DNA from: Candidatus Latescibacterota bacterium
Lineage (GTDB): Bacteria; Latescibacterota; UBA2968; GCA-2709665
NCBI GenBank assembly: GCA_965237675.1
Contig: OZ250150.1
Span: 320,001-384,000 of the forward strand
Direction: 5' to 3'
DNA: 64,000 nt
A program made the translations under genes and the position numbers. Shown here piece after piece: positions 62,521 to 64,000 of this stretch. Under the pieces are notes generated by a model. It did no database searches, was not told where the DNA came from, and saw nothing but the letters and a program-made list of their open reading frames with translations. The number at the start of each line of letters is the position of its first letter. The stretch's first letter is position 1.

Positions 62521-62856
62521 CTATTTCCTGTCGTACGCACCTTGCCGATGGTCCATATCTACCACATATATCCGTCCCGAAAACCGTTTGTAGAAAATCC
62601 GATACGGCCTTTTTTCGATTCTGAACATGGGGTCATTGGCAGGACGCCCCTGTATCTTTTTCGATCCCCTCCTGTTAAGCGGATCTTTAAGCGATTCGAT
62701 CTTTTCAACAGCAGAACGTCTCACCTTTGGTTGCAAAGTATCCAAGAACTCCCGAACAACATCCCGGATTACAATCTCTTGCTCTACGGGTTCACGTTGC
62801 CCTGTATTTTCTGGCGAGTTTTGCGCTTTCCTGGATCCTCCACGTGCTTCATTCAC
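62521..62856 (-). CDS. RelE/ParE-family toxin
   Basis: Small basic protein, VREFLDTLQPKVR...IESLKDP...KKIQG...FRIEKRPYRIFY...VVDMDHRQGAY. ATGA overlap with the upstream gene. Confidence 0.75.
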   Translation of the reverse strand: MNEARGGSRKAQNSPENTGQREPVEQEIVIRDVVREFLDTLQPKVRRSAVEKIESLKDPLNRRGSKKIQGRPANDPMFRIEKRPYRIFYKRFSGRIYVVDMDHRQGAYDRK

Positions 62857-63059
62857 CGACTTTCCCTCTTCACCTTTTCAAAATATCGCCGCGTCTCCTC
62901 AGCCGAAAGCATCCTGCTCTTTCCCGTCCGAAGCTCCTCGTCAATCTCTAAAGACCGGGCCAGAAACGGGTCTTCCTCTTGCTCCGCAATAACGTCCTTC
63001 GGACGCTCGCCACGCTTGACGCGTTCTATCCACCCCAATACGACATCAGCAACGCCCAT
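62853..63059 (-). CDS. putative antitoxin
   Basis: 68 aa with an acidic core, coupled directly upstream of the RelE-like gene; GAGGGGG RBS. Confidence 0.65.
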   Translation of the reverse strand: MGVADVVLGWIERVKRGERPKDVIAEQEEDPFLARSLEIDEELRTGKSRMLSAEETRRYFEKVKRESR

Positions 63060-63411
63060 TACGACCCCCTCTCGTTATCCTTACTCAGAAACCACTCTAT
63101 TCCCTCACCCAAGCCCCCAGAATCGTCGTTCATGCCCTCGCCCGTGTTCTGTGTGACCCGCAATAACCGCCTCGGCGTCCTCACCCGCCCTCGCGCGTTC
63201 GACCATCTCCAGTTTATTGTTCATAATATAACCTCCAACGATAGATTTCCAAAAATTCTCGCATCTTGTCAAGTGTGAATGTTAAATTGCCTTCCGCCGC
63301 GTCAACCCGACCAGTATCTGGATCCTTGACACCCACAACAACTTCATAGTCAGGTAACAAAGAAATGGCTCCGGTCCTGCCGCCAGCTAACCGCCTTCAA
63401 CAGAGTGTTGC

Positions 63412-63573
63412 CTATGACTTTTCTCGCTGCACACGTTCCTTTTCTTCCTGGACCATCTCGTCTCGCTGATTCGACGCGAGGAAATCCTCCCAACCAGGCT
63501 TCGAGGGATCGGTTACAAGATTTACTTTTGCCTGGTTTGTGGAGACTGTAAACGTCAACGTTGTCTCAGTCAT
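63412..63573 (-). CDS. 53-aa hypothetical protein coupled to the protease gene
   Basis: MTETTLTFTVSTNQAKVNLVTDPSKPGWEDFLASNQRDEMVQEEKERVQREKS*. ATGA overlap with the protease stop; GGAGG upstream. Confidence 0.55.
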   Translation of the reverse strand: MTETTLTFTVSTNQAKVNLVTDPSKPGWEDFLASNQRDEMVQEEKERVQREKS

Positions 63574-64000
63574 TTTTCAATGTCCTCCGTGTAATACATA
63601 ATGCTGTGGGCATCTAAAAAATCCCTTATTGTCTCAATGTGTACGGCCCTCCCAACGTTCAAGACCTGGTTACGACCGGCACCTTGAAACCCGATAGGGT
63701 AATGGTGGGTGTTTACTTGAATGCCACATATGAGACCGTCAGAATCAGCCAATGGCCCACCACTTTGTCCCTTTAGCAGTCCGTTGATAAAGTTGCTCTG
63801 CAGGCGAGGCCGAGCAATTGTGACCGAAGACAAGGCGCGCGACCGAGTCGAATCGGGGGATACGGGGAGGAAGCGCAACGCTGTAATTCTGCCACAAAAG
63901 CCGGCCGCAGCCCGGATGGACTTTTTCAACGGGCTGTTAGACCCGGCGAACTCGTTTCGATCCCGGTTGCCACGTGTCGCAAAATCGGGTCCATCCTTTC
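63570..64000 (-). pseudogene. trypsin-like serine protease 3' part, interrupted by a MITE
   Basis: Removing 63777-63940 restores ...GIETSSPGLKGQSGGPLADSDGLICGIQ..., containing the catalytic GxSGGP motif. Confidence 0.85.
63777..63936. mobile_element. 160-bp MITE with TTAG target-site duplication
   Basis: Terminal inverted repeats cagtccgttgataaag and ctttttcaacgggctg (14/16). TTAG on both sides (63773-63776 and 63937-63940). Confidence 0.88.

Overview
GC-rich bacterial DNA. The gene content (secreted WD40, FN3 and dockerin-like proteins, many unassigned catabolic enzymes) resembles Latescibacterota/Poribacteria-type symbionts, but this is inference only. The left part (1-10.3 kb, all minus strand) holds a TonB-dependent receptor, a BCCT transporter, a two-gene cation:proton antiporter with PII-like and PTS-IIA partners, and a SelA-like PLP enzyme. 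The accessory block at about 10.85-33.5 kb is the most unusual part. A giant FN3/Ig protein with a dockerin-like end is followed by four paralogous secreted Zn-metalloprotease/WD40/dockerin-like genes. The first paralog follows the intact giant gene; each of the other three is preceded only by an orphan 3' fragment of a giant-gene homolog. The paralogs are separated by composite REP-like repeat blocks and are mosaics of each other. Two are frameshifted at G19 and G13 tracts, where a third paralog has an in-frame G8. This may be an undescribed cassette-switching plus phase-variation system; no recombinase is in the window. The right part has a heparinase-like lyase, sthA, an RluA-family enzyme, a DHDPS-family enzyme, msrB, a catabolic cluster, psd, a LamG/propeller protein, a duplicated CPBP protease, deletion pseudogenes, a RelE-type toxin-antitoxin pair, and two MITEs, one of which splits a serine protease gene next to its catalytic serine. 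All family assignments come from motif recognition, not database searches.
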